Part shown: positions 1 to 7,513 of the stretch, piece by piece
How positions within the stretch are numbered: position 1 is the stretch's first letter
Layout of the letters: each line of letters begins with the position of its first letter
Source of the DNA: Anaerohalosphaeraceae bacterium
GTDB taxonomy: Bacteria; Planctomycetota; Phycisphaerae; Sedimentisphaerales; Anaerohalosphaeraceae
DNA length: 41,669 bases
Assembly (NCBI GenBank): GCA_963675525.2
Contig: CAXXSL010000014.1
Coordinates: 1 to 41,669, forward strand
Reading direction: 5' to 3'
Notes under the pieces: generated by a model
Told to the model about the DNA's origin: nothing
Database searches by the model: none
Seen by the model: only the letters and a program-made list of their open reading frames with translations
Position numbers and translations under genes: made by a program

Positions 1-67
1 TAGTAGCCGGGGGTGTGAACCCCCGGTATTGAATTCAAATAAATTTGGTAGCCCCGGAGGGGCGACA
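1..67. repeat. REP-like palindromic element, copy 1 (may be cut by the window edge)
   Basis: TAGTAG followed by the hairpin CCGGGGGT-GTGA-ACCCCCGG (7-26), a 24-nt AT-rich spacer, then GCCCC-GGA-GGGGC (51-63). The same layout recurs at 15921-16006. Confidence 0.75.
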
Positions 68-85
68 GAATTGTAAGATAAAAAA

Positions 86-1054
86 ATGAACGAACAAATT
101 ACTGCATATGCAAAAAGATATTAGCTGGCCAATTCCTGGCCCGTGACGAGATTGTCGCGCTGTCCAAACTGTCCGGCGACTGTTTTGACGACCTTCTCTA
201 CTGGGCCAACGAAATACGCAAGGCACATTTGGCAACAAAGTCAAAATATGTTCCATCGTGCCGGGTCGTCTGGGCGGATGCAGTCAGGACTGCGCGTTTT
301 GCGCACAATCATTGCATTACGATACTGCCGTGGATAAAACGCCCCAGACCTTGACGAACGATGAGATTATGGATGCGGCCAAAGAGCGGCGCAGAAAGCG
401 TACCCAATTTCGGCATTGTTTACAGCGGCCGCAAAGTCAGCGACGAAGAACTGGACCGCCTGATTGCTTTAACAAAACGCATCAAAGACGAACTTGGCCT
501 GGGCGTCTGCATGGGCCTGGGGATTCTCAGCGAAGAAAACATGCAGCGATTGGCCAATGCCGGCGTAGTCGGTTCAATCACAATCTCGAAACGTCCGAAC
601 GCCATTTTCCGGATATCGTTTCGACCACAAATATGCCGACCGTGTCAAAACGATTGAAGCGGGACTCAAGGCCGGAATGGGGGTCTGTGCAGGCGGCATC
701 TTCGGCATCGGCGAAACCGAGGACGACCGCATCGATATGGCATTGGAACTCCGCCGCCTCGGCGTCGATATGGTCCCGATGAATTTTCTCCATCCTATTG
801 AAGGCACGCCTATGGGAAATGCGGAAAAACTCCCGCCGAAAGAAATCTTGCGAATCGTGCCCTGTACCGGTTCATCCTGCCCAAAACGCATTTAAAAGTT
901 GCCGGGGACGCGTGCTGAACCTACGTGATGTGCAAAGCTGGATATTCTACGCCGGTGCACCGCCATCCTCTCGGGCAACTACCTCACCACCGCCGGAAGA
1001 CCCGTCGAACAAGACCTACAAATGCTAAAAGACTTAGGACTGGAAGCGATATAG
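86..1054 (+). CDS. bioB: Biotin synthase BioB (radical SAM), broken by about 8 frameshifts
   Basis: Stitching frames gives [10 protein letters not shown]..., CSQDCAFC (CxxxCxxC), [38 protein letters not shown] and [10 protein letters not shown]. Frame switches near 115, 228, 390, 570, 627, 860, 905 and 960, mostly one base missing from a run. Confidence 0.9.
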
Positions 1055-1072
1055 CCACAGAGGGTATAGGAA

Positions 1073-1678
1073 ATGAAAAAGACAATAATAACTTTGTATG
1101 CTGTTTTAGTTGTGATCATATTGGTCATGGGTGGTATTTTTGCTTTGTGGTATAAGGGCGGCAGTGAAATTTCGTCACATCTCATAGATATAAATACTGG
1201 AAAACCTTTGCCTCTGGCCCTCGCTTGTTTTATCGAGGCATCAGAATTCCTATGATGGGAGAAACACTGGTTCTTCTCAAACGCTATTATACGATTGTCT
1301 GGAAAGACCCTATACCGATTTGAATACCACAGTTTCATATAAACAAAATGGATATAACCAGTTTTTTATGTTTTATGAAAGCGGGCAAATTGCTGCCCAT
1401 GGGTTTTGTATGGTAGAATCGTGTGAACCAGATGGGCAGATTATGTATGATAATTGCGATGTGAAGGATGCTCAGTATTATGAGCCTGATGGAACAGAAG
1501 TATCAATTGTAAAAGATGGTACAGGGATTATTTTGCTGCATTTTTCTGATGGTTCAAAATACTGGAATTGGAATTAGAAAATTTTCACGAAAAAAAACTC
1601 AAAATGTGGCTAAAAGATGGTACACTCAAGCTGGATGAAGTGTATGAAAATCCTGTCAATCCCGTTAATCCTGTCTAA
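1073..1678 (+). CDS. Membrane-anchored hypothetical protein with MORN/YwqK-like repeats, frameshifted
   Basis: N-terminal hydrophobic helix (1073-1150). Fragments FYESGQI, YYEPDGT, HFSDGSK and MWLKDGT resemble the (F/Y)xxxG turn of MORN-variant repeats. Low GC, spread over several frames, and ends NPVNPVNPV* at 1678. Confidence 0.5.
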
Positions 1679-1713
1679 AAAATAATCAGTGAAAATCCGT
1701 GTTAATCTGTGGC
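1649..1713. repeat. Two blocks of imperfect 9-10-nt tandem repeats
   Basis: aatcctgtc-aatcccgtt-aatcctgtc (1649-1675), then aatcagtgaa-aatccgtgtt-aatctgtggc (1684-1713). Confidence 0.8.
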
Positions 1714-1728
1714 TTAAAAAAGGAAAAC

Positions 1729-2325
1729 ATGCGAATAATAGCCGGTTCAAAACGTGGCATGAAGCTCTTTCCGCCGAAGGGCGTCGATACCCGTCCTATC
1801 ACCGACCGGGTCAAGGAATCCCTGTTCAGTATTTTATGGAGCAAGGGCAAACTCGAAGACTGCGTCGTCGCCGACCTGTTCTGCGGCACCGGCTCAATGG
1901 GCCTCGAAGCCCTCAGCCGCGGAGCAAAGTTCTGCACCTTCATCGACGCCGGCCGCAGCGCTGTCGAGATTCTCAACCGCAACATCGAAAAGGCCGCCTT
2001 TTTAGCCGAATCCAAGAGCGTCTGTGCCAATATCCTCAAAGTCGGCGCCGCCATGACCCCTGAACACGGCGGCTATGATCTGGTCTTTGTCGATCCGCCG
2101 TATAAAATGAGTACAAATTGCGGGGCAGGCTCCAAAGTTGCGAAAATGATGGAATTGGTTGAAACACAGGTCAACAAAGGCGGCATTGTCACCCTGCGAA
2201 CCCATCTGCGGTCCTATATCGAAGAAGCCTACGGCGAGTTAATTCAAATCGACCGCCGAGAATGGGGAAACATGAAAATAGCCTTCTTCCAAAAGCAAAA
2301 GCCCGAAGCGGCAGCGCCGGGATAG
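1729..2325 (+). CDS. rsmD: 16S rRNA m2G966 methyltransferase RsmD family
   Basis: MRIIAG start with AGGA upstream, TRPITDRVKESLF, SAM motif DLFCGTGSMGLEALSRGA and DPPY motif. Confidence 0.93.
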   Translation: MRIIAGSKRGMKLFPPKGVDTRPITDRVKESLFSILWSKGKLEDCVVADLFCGTGSMGLEALSRGAKFCTFIDAGRSAVEILNRNIEKAAFLAESKSVCANILKVGAAMTPEHGGYDLVFVDPPYKMSTNCGAGSKVAKMMELVETQVNKGGIVTLRTHLRSYIEEAYGELIQIDRREWGNMKIAFFQKQKPEAAAPG

Positions 2326-2327
2326 AA

Positions 2328-2358
2328 ACTACAGATTCTGCAGATGACACCGATTAAA
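2328..2358. repeat. 9-nt repeat block, inverted relative to 1684-1713
   Basis: ctacagatt-ctgcagatg-acaccgatt. Its reverse complement aatcggtgtcatctgcagaatctgtag resembles the block upstream of rsmD. Confidence 0.6.
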
Positions 2359-2373
2359 AATAAAGAAAAAAGT

Positions 2374-2401
2374 TTGACGTTTATCTAACTTGTGGTATAA
2401 T
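2374..2401 (+). promoter_or_regulatory. Near-consensus sigma70 promoter with extended -10
   Basis: TTGACG (2374-2379), 16-nt spacer, TGgTATAAT (TATAAT at 2396-2401), with an A-rich UP-like tract upstream. No recognisable gene downstream on the + strand. Confidence 0.7.
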
Positions 2402-2460
2402 ACCCGAAATTGAATAGTATGATCTTTTTACAATTTGATATGCTTTTTTGTGTTTATTTG

Positions 2461-2491
2461 CCTGCCAAGCTGCAGCCTTGGCGAAGGTTGG
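2461..2491. repeat. 31-nt hairpin module, copy 1
   Basis: cctgccaagctgcagccttggcgaaggttgg, with stem GCCAAG/CTTGGC; 29/31 identical to 2694-2724. Confidence 0.9.
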
Positions 2492-2501
2492 TGGTTTCAT
2501 G

Positions 2502-2606
2502 CTGGCACAAAATGGTGTCATATTGGACAACTTTGGCGCATTTATGGCACACTTTGGCGCCGTTTGGGCGCACTTTGGCGCATGTTTGGACACATTTGGA
2601 AGCACA
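2502..2606. repeat. Five imperfect 21-nt tandem repeats
   Basis: ACTTTGGCGC at 2530, 2551 and 2572 (exact period 21), with degenerate units at 2509 and 2593. A TGG recurs roughly every 10-11 nt. Confidence 0.88.
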
Positions 2607-2693
2607 AATCCACCCGAAATGCCCGTTTCTGTCTTAAAAACACCGATTGTTTGATAAGATATCAAATTTTCTCTGGAATCTCTGTGTTCTCTG

Positions 2694-2724
2694 CCTGCCA
2701 AGCCGTAGCCTTGGCGAAGGTTGG
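2694..2724. repeat. 31-nt hairpin module, copy 2
   Basis: cctgccaagccgtagccttggcgaaggttgg; both differences from copy 1 fall in the loop. Confidence 0.9.
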
Positions 2725-2829
2725 TGGCAATAAAAATGACAAACGAACCCGATCCAAAACACCACCGCCCCGGCACGAGTCGCCCGAATAAGACCCACGC
2801 CTTATGAGTCTCTTTTCCCCATGAGCGGA

Positions 2830-3687
2830 TTAATTTTTGGACGTGCTTAGGATTTCGTTGATATGTTTGAGGATAATGGAGCAGGCGGGATTGACCATCT
2901 CACCGTGGTTGAAGCCCTGAATTTCATAAAGTAAGGTGTGCTGGTGGCCTGCAACTTTCATCATTCGCCACAGATAGGCGTTTTCCTCATACCGTCCCAG
3001 CATTTCCAAATCCCGGTCACCCGTTATCAATACCAGCGGCGCCGCGTCCGGCCGGACATGATAAAGCGGGGCGAATTCGTCAACAATCGGTTGTGTGCCC
3101 GGTATGCCCCGTTCCTTGCGAACGGTAAAATGCGTAATGGTATGGCCGCTGAGCGGCAGCAGCGCGGCGATCTTATTCGCGTCCACGTCATATTTCGCCA
3201 GCCACCGTTTGTCGAGGCCGACCATACTTGCCAAATACCCGCCGGCGGAGTGTCCGGAAACAAAAATCAAGTTGGGGTCGCCGCCATAGTGCTGGATATT
3301 CTTAAAGGCCCATGCAACGGCTGCGGCCGCATCGTCAATATAAACCGGGCAGGTGACTTTGGGATACAGGCGATAGTTCGCGGCGATCACTGCGATATTT
3401 TGATTCTTGAACGGTTCGGGAATCGAGCGTTCTCCTTCGGTGAGTCCGCCGCCATGAAACCAGACAACTGTGGCAAACCCTGTTTTTTTCGACGGATAAT
3501 AAAGATCCAACCGGCAGCGTTCTTGGATATAGTCATCCTCAGATCGAAGCGGTTTTTTGCGATAAGAAATGTTCAACTCTGTCTTGTAGGATATTGATGG
3601 TTTCGACGCTGCGTTCTCGGCACGTGTATGCGAAGAACAAAAGAACACAGCAAACAATAAACTAATGATTATGAAGCTTCGCTTCAT
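2830..3687 (-). CDS. Secreted alpha/beta hydrolase (esterase/lipase, HSL-like)
   Basis: Signal peptide, HGGG oxyanion motif, NYRL, GHSAG nucleophile elbow and a C-terminal His (GFNHG). Confidence 0.88.
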   Translation of the reverse strand: MKRSFIIISLLFAVFFCSSHTRAENAASKPSISYKTELNISYRKKPLRSEDDYIQERCRLDLYYPSKKTGFATVVWFHGGGLTEGERSIPEPFKNQNIAVIAANYRLYPKVTCPVYIDDAAAAVAWAFKNIQHYGGDPNLIFVSGHSAGGYLASMVGLDKRWLAKYDVDANKIAALLPLSGHTITHFTVRKERGIPGTQPIVDEFAPLYHVRPDAAPLVLITGDRDLEMLGRYEENAYLWRMMKVAGHQHTLLYEIQGFNHGEMVNPACSIILKHINEILSTSKN

Positions 3688-3723
3688 CGCATTACCTCTG
3701 TGAAATATAGGACCCGAAAATGG

Positions 3724-4863
3724 TTACAAGTTCTTTTGGTTTGCGGCGGCTTTGTACTTCTCCAGTGTTTGGCGCAATTGTTCCAAGGCCTGCGGATAAT
3801 CTTTTGCCAGATCGATGAGCTTTAGCTGGGCTTGGATTGCTTCGTCGATCTTGCCGTTTTCAAACAGTGCCATGGCATAGGTATCCAGTACAGAGGGGTC
3901 TTTTCCCGCGGTAAGCTGATTCGCTTTTTCAGCCGCTTTGAGAGCAGCCTCCAAATCCCGGTTGGGTTCTTTAACCTGTGTTAGGATATTCCATGCCATT
4001 GCGTTGAGTCCCTCTACCGGGGCATTTTCAATAAAGTTTCCGGCGATTTTTTTTGTTTCGTCATTCAGACCGCCATCGGCGTGGATTTTTTGGAAATAGT
4101 CTGTGTACCACGCCATACACTGGCGCAGTAAGGCCTCAGCATCGGCTTTTCCTTTGGCGTACATGACAGGATCGAAGATGTCCTGCACAACCAATTCGAG
4201 AACCGTATCCATATCCTCGGCGGGATGACCCTGCCATGCGATTTTTCCATTGCGGTCAATGATGAAGGCATGTGGAATTCCCTGTGCGCCGAAGGCAGTC
4301 ATGTAGTTTTGTCGCACGAATCCCTGGGTGTCAAATGCAACGGTGTAATCCATTTTTTCGCCCATTTCACCGACGAAGGATTTGACTTTTTCAATGGTTT
4401 CTTCCGGATAGCCGCCTGGCGTAGAGACACCGATGACGGTAAGACCTTTATCTTTATACTTTTTCTGAATTTCTGTCAAGTGCGGAATGCTGACCTTACA
4501 TGGCGGACACCACGTTGCCCAAAATTCGATCAGGTACACCTTTTCCTTTTCAATCTTGACAGAGTCGCCTTTGACCCAATCAAGCCCTTTCAGCGGTGCT
4601 GCTGTTGGGAGTTCGGCGGCTTTAGGCGCAGTTTCAACCAGCTCCTCAGGTTCCGGTGTGGGTTGTTGAGGTTCGACAGCCGGAGTCTCTGTAACCGGAG
4701 TCTCCGCCATCGGAGTCGCTGTAGGCGGGGCCGGCGTTTCTTCCATCTTGGCGGTAGTTACGGCCGGCTCCGGGGACGGATTATCTGCCGTTTCTTTCTT
4801 TTCACAGCCAAATACGAATTGAGATGTGACGATGATTAAAACGAGTTTTATTGTAACCTTCAT
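3724..4863 (-). CDS. TlpA-like thiol-disulfide oxidoreductase lipoprotein with C-terminal helical/TPR-like region
   Basis: Lipobox-like VFGC, P/T/E/A-rich linker, EFWATWCPPC, GIPHAFIID cis-Pro loop, and LNAMAW...LDTYAMALFENG helical tail. Confidence 0.88.
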   Translation of the reverse strand: MKVTIKLVLIIVTSQFVFGCEKKETADNPSPEPAVTTAKMEETPAPPTATPMAETPVTETPAVEPQQPTPEPEELVETAPKAAELPTAAPLKGLDWVKGDSVKIEKEKVYLIEFWATWCPPCKVSIPHLTEIQKKYKDKGLTVIGVSTPGGYPEETIEKVKSFVGEMGEKMDYTVAFDTQGFVRQNYMTAFGAQGIPHAFIIDRNGKIAWQGHPAEDMDTVLELVVQDIFDPVMYAKGKADAEALLRQCMAWYTDYFQKIHADGGLNDETKKIAGNFIENAPVEGLNAMAWNILTQVKEPNRDLEAALKAAEKANQLTAGKDPSVLDTYAMALFENGKIDEAIQAQLKLIDLAKDYPQALEQLRQTLEKYKAAANQKNL

Positions 4864-5035
4864 GGATATTCCTTTGATATTCAGGTTTCAGAGGTTTTTT
4901 ACAGGAGCGAGCAGCATTTTGAGCCAATTTCACGCCTCCCACTATCATAACGTTTTTGTCCCCGATAGCAAGCCGCCAGAAGAAGAAAAGATTTTTTCAT
5001 TGTCGGTTTACGGGGTTCTGTTGTAAATTATAGCT

Positions 5036-6250
5036 ATGTCCAATCGAGATGCTGCCTATAAAGTTGTTCGTCGTTTGCGGAAAGAGGGCCACCAGGCCTT
5101 GTTTGCGGGAGGGTGTGTGCGCGACCGGCTGCTGGGGCGGCCCGCCAAGGATTACGATGTGGTGACCGATGCGGTGCCGGAGCAGGTGATTGAGCTGTTT
5201 CGGCGGACGTTGAAGATCGGCGCCCAGTTCGGCGTCGTGATGGTGTTGATGGATTCCAAACAGGTCGAAGTGGCTACGTTTCGCACAGAAGGGGGCTATC
5301 AGGATGGCCGGCATCCCGGACACGTCGAATTTACCTCTGCCCGGGAAGACGCATCCCGGCGGGATTTTACCGTCAACGGGATGTTTTATGATCCGATCGA
5401 TAAAGAGCTTCTCGATTATGTTAACGGCTGCCGCGATCTGGAAAAACGGGTCCTGCGAACCATTGGCCAACCCGACGACCGGTTCAGCGAAGATTATTTG
5501 CGGATGCTCCGGGCGGTGCGGTTTTCAGTGAAGCTTGGCTTTGAAATTGAATCGGCAACCTGGCATTCCATTCAAAAGCATGCCGATAAAATTACCGGTA
5601 TTAGCGCCGAACGAATTGCTGTCGAATTAGAGCAGATACTGGCCCATCCGAATCGAACGCAAGGGGCAAAACAGCTTGTTGACTCCGGTTTAGCAAAAGC
5701 GATATTTCCTGTTTTTGGCGGCGGTCGGGCGACAGCGGGAATTGAGGTACTCACCCATCTTCCGCAGGCGGTGGATTTTCCACTGGCGCTGGCGGGTTTC
5801 TGGTCAGGTTTTGATTCGAAGACGGCATTGAACCAGTGCAAAAAGCTGAAGCTGAGTAACTCGCAGATCAAACATGTACGATTTTTGCTTGAAAGACGCG
5901 ATGTACTGCTGGATATTCAATTGTCACTGTCCAGTCTGAAGCTGTTGATGCACGAGCCCTATTTTTGGGATTTAATCACACTGCAGCAGGCGGTCCAGGA
6001 GGCTGAAGGCAAAAGCGCCCATCCGGTTCGTCTCATAAAGCGGCGGGCTTTGGAGATCGACGAAAAACATATTCGTCCGACTCCACTGCTGGATGGACAC
6101 GAATTGATTGCGCTGGGAGCAACGCCGGGGCCGATGGTCGGTCAGCTTGCACAGGAGTTGTACATTGTCCAACTTGAGGAAAAAGTGCATACCCAACAGC
6201 AGGCCGAAACCTGGTGTAAACACTGGCTTGAAAAACACAAGGGATGTTGA
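5036..6250 (+). CDS. cca: CCA tRNA nucleotidyltransferase (class II)
   Basis: GGCVRD, KDYD, EVATFR, intact flexible loop EGGYQDGRHP, EDASRRDFTVN and EDYLRMLRAVRF. KIGAQFGV lacks the GRRF poly(A) polymerase signature. Confidence 0.85.
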   Translation: MSNRDAAYKVVRRLRKEGHQALFAGGCVRDRLLGRPAKDYDVVTDAVPEQVIELFRRTLKIGAQFGVVMVLMDSKQVEVATFRTEGGYQDGRHPGHVEFTSAREDASRRDFTVNGMFYDPIDKELLDYVNGCRDLEKRVLRTIGQPDDRFSEDYLRMLRAVRFSVKLGFEIESATWHSIQKHADKITGISAERIAVELEQILAHPNRTQGAKQLVDSGLAKAIFPVFGGGRATAGIEVLTHLPQAVDFPLALAGFWSGFDSKTALNQCKKLKLSNSQIKHVRFLLERRDVLLDIQLSLSSLKLLMHEPYFWDLITLQQAVQEAEGKSAHPVRLIKRRALEIDEKHIRPTPLLDGHELIALGATPGPMVGQLAQELYIVQLEEKVHTQQQAETWCKHWLEKHKGC

Positions 6251-6299
6251 AGATTTGAATAAACTTTTACTTTTGTGTTTTTAATAACACAATCCTGGG

Positions 6300-6797
6300 T
6301 CATGCCAAATCGCGCAGCCTGTTTCTCAACAGCCACCGGATTATGCTGAACAGCACTGCGAATAGAAGAACACCACCGATGACATAAATATTGAAGCCCT
6401 TAATGGCAACCCCTAATGCGGTTCCGGCGGCAGGGGGATGTTCTGTGTCACTGATCACCATAATAAAGATGGACAATCCGACAGAAAATGCGTAAACGGC
6501 ATTTTCGATGGGATTATAGTTGGCGGGAAGAATCTGCAAGAGCCAGGCTCCCAGAAGTCCGCATAGAAGACCGATGATATGTCCGCCGATAACACCTCTG
6601 GGTTTAGCGGTGAATTTATCAGGGAGAGCAAACACGACAAACGCCGTTGCGCCGAGTGAAGCGATAATGACGGCTTCGTCGGTATTCATGATGACAAGAA
6701 CAAGGTAGATCGATATCGATGCCAGCAGGCTCTGAAAAACATAGTATTTCCAGAAACCTTTGAATTCGTTAAGCATACTCCGCAACGATCTTGCCAT
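6300..6797 (-). CDS. HPP family membrane protein
   Basis: ASLGATA, AKPRGVIGGH, TEHPPAAGTAL and several TM helices. The start is uncertain; 6797 was chosen, but the ORF is open to 6932. Confidence 0.85.
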   Translation of the reverse strand: MARSLRSMLNEFKGFWKYYVFQSLLASISIYLVLVIMNTDEAVIIASLGATAFVVFALPDKFTAKPRGVIGGHIIGLLCGLLGAWLLQILPANYNPIENAVYAFSVGLSIFIMVISDTEHPPAAGTALGVAIKGFNIYVIGGVLLFAVLFSIIRWLLRNRLRDLA

Positions 6798-6912
6798 ACT
6801 TTTTTTATCGGCGGGATTAAAGAGATTTCTATATAAATAATATTGAAACTTCACGATATAGGGGCGGGAATCAAACAGGAGGATAATTAACCGGTTTGAG
6901 GGAATTCGCATT

Positions 6913-6930
6913 AAAAAAGCCCTTGCGGGC
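6913..6930 (-). terminator. Possible intrinsic terminator
   Basis: Minus strand reads GCCC-GCAA-GGGC-TTTTTT: a 4-bp GC stem, GNRA loop and U6 tail. The stem is short. Confidence 0.5.
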
Positions 6931-6977
6931 AATATTAAAGGTACAGGGGTCGAAGAACAGAGACAAAAATCATCTGT

Positions 6978-7070
6978 TCACAGACTCGGCGGCCCCCGCA
7001 TATGGTTAAATAAGTGCGGTGGTGATTTTCTTTTATTTGTATTTTCAGTTTTTGGCAGTGGGTTATTCAT
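6978..7070 (-). CDS. Candidate 30-aa small ORF
   Basis: AGGAA 6 nt before ATG; MNNPLPKTENTNKRKSPPHLFNHMRGPPSL*; lies downstream of a perfect promoter. No recognised homology. Confidence 0.25.
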   Translation of the reverse strand: MNNPLPKTENTNKRKSPPHLFNHMRGPPSL

Positions 7071-7246
7071 TTATAATTCCTAAATTAATAATGGCGGCTG
7101 ATTGGACATTGATTAAAAGTCGTCTTGTTTTATTTCCGGCGGGGCACGCCCCGCTTCCTTCGTCAGATAGTACCGAATATTGTGTGAACCGTTTATCATT
7201 GACCTGACCCCCAATTGGATTATTTACTTTTCTATTACTGAAGTGC

Positions 7247-7275
7247 ATTATATTGGAAATCCGACTAAATGTCAA
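7247..7275 (-). promoter_or_regulatory. Perfect-consensus sigma70 promoter
   Basis: Minus strand TTGACA-tttagtcggatttccaa (17 nt)-TATAAT, preceded by a very AT-rich region (7280-7420). Confidence 0.85.
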
Positions 7276-7442
7276 TGAAATATCAACGAAATATTAATTA
7301 TTTTTTGGTTTATTATTAAAACGGCATTAAAATAGTTGTTTTATTTAAAATTATAGGACTCTTGTAATTTTTTATTTTATACTTTCTTAATTAATTAATC
7401 TGATTTTGATAAAGATATCGGCAAATTCAACTTGTTTTGCCG

Positions 7443-7470
7443 TTGGCGTTGAGGACGGTGTGCGTATAAT
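7443..7470 (+). promoter_or_regulatory. Probable hypF promoter
   Basis: TTGGCG, 16-nt spacer, TATAAT, about 45 nt before the hypF start. Confidence 0.5.
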
Positions 7471-7513
7471 AGGGCACTTTCATTGTTGAAGATTGCATTT
7501 AAGCGAGGTTCTA

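Noticed and set aside
2502..2560. Sigma54 promoters at the TGGCAC motifs
   Set aside because: There is no TTGC at the required -12 spacing.
2651..2665. FNR-like box TTGAT-N-ATCAA
   Set aside because: The spacer is 5 nt rather than 4, and it is not positioned at an evident promoter.
2461..2724. CRISPR array from the two 31-nt palindromic repeats or the 21-nt repeats
   Set aside because: There are only two long repeats, 202 nt apart. The 21-mers are contiguous with no unique spacers, and there are no cas genes in the window.
7095..7175. Hammerhead ribozyme-like core on the - strand (CUGACGA...hairpin...GAAA)
   Set aside because: The pair closing stem II would be A-G, stem III is out of register with the UH site by one base, and stem I is poor. 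A cmscan hit would be needed to revive it.
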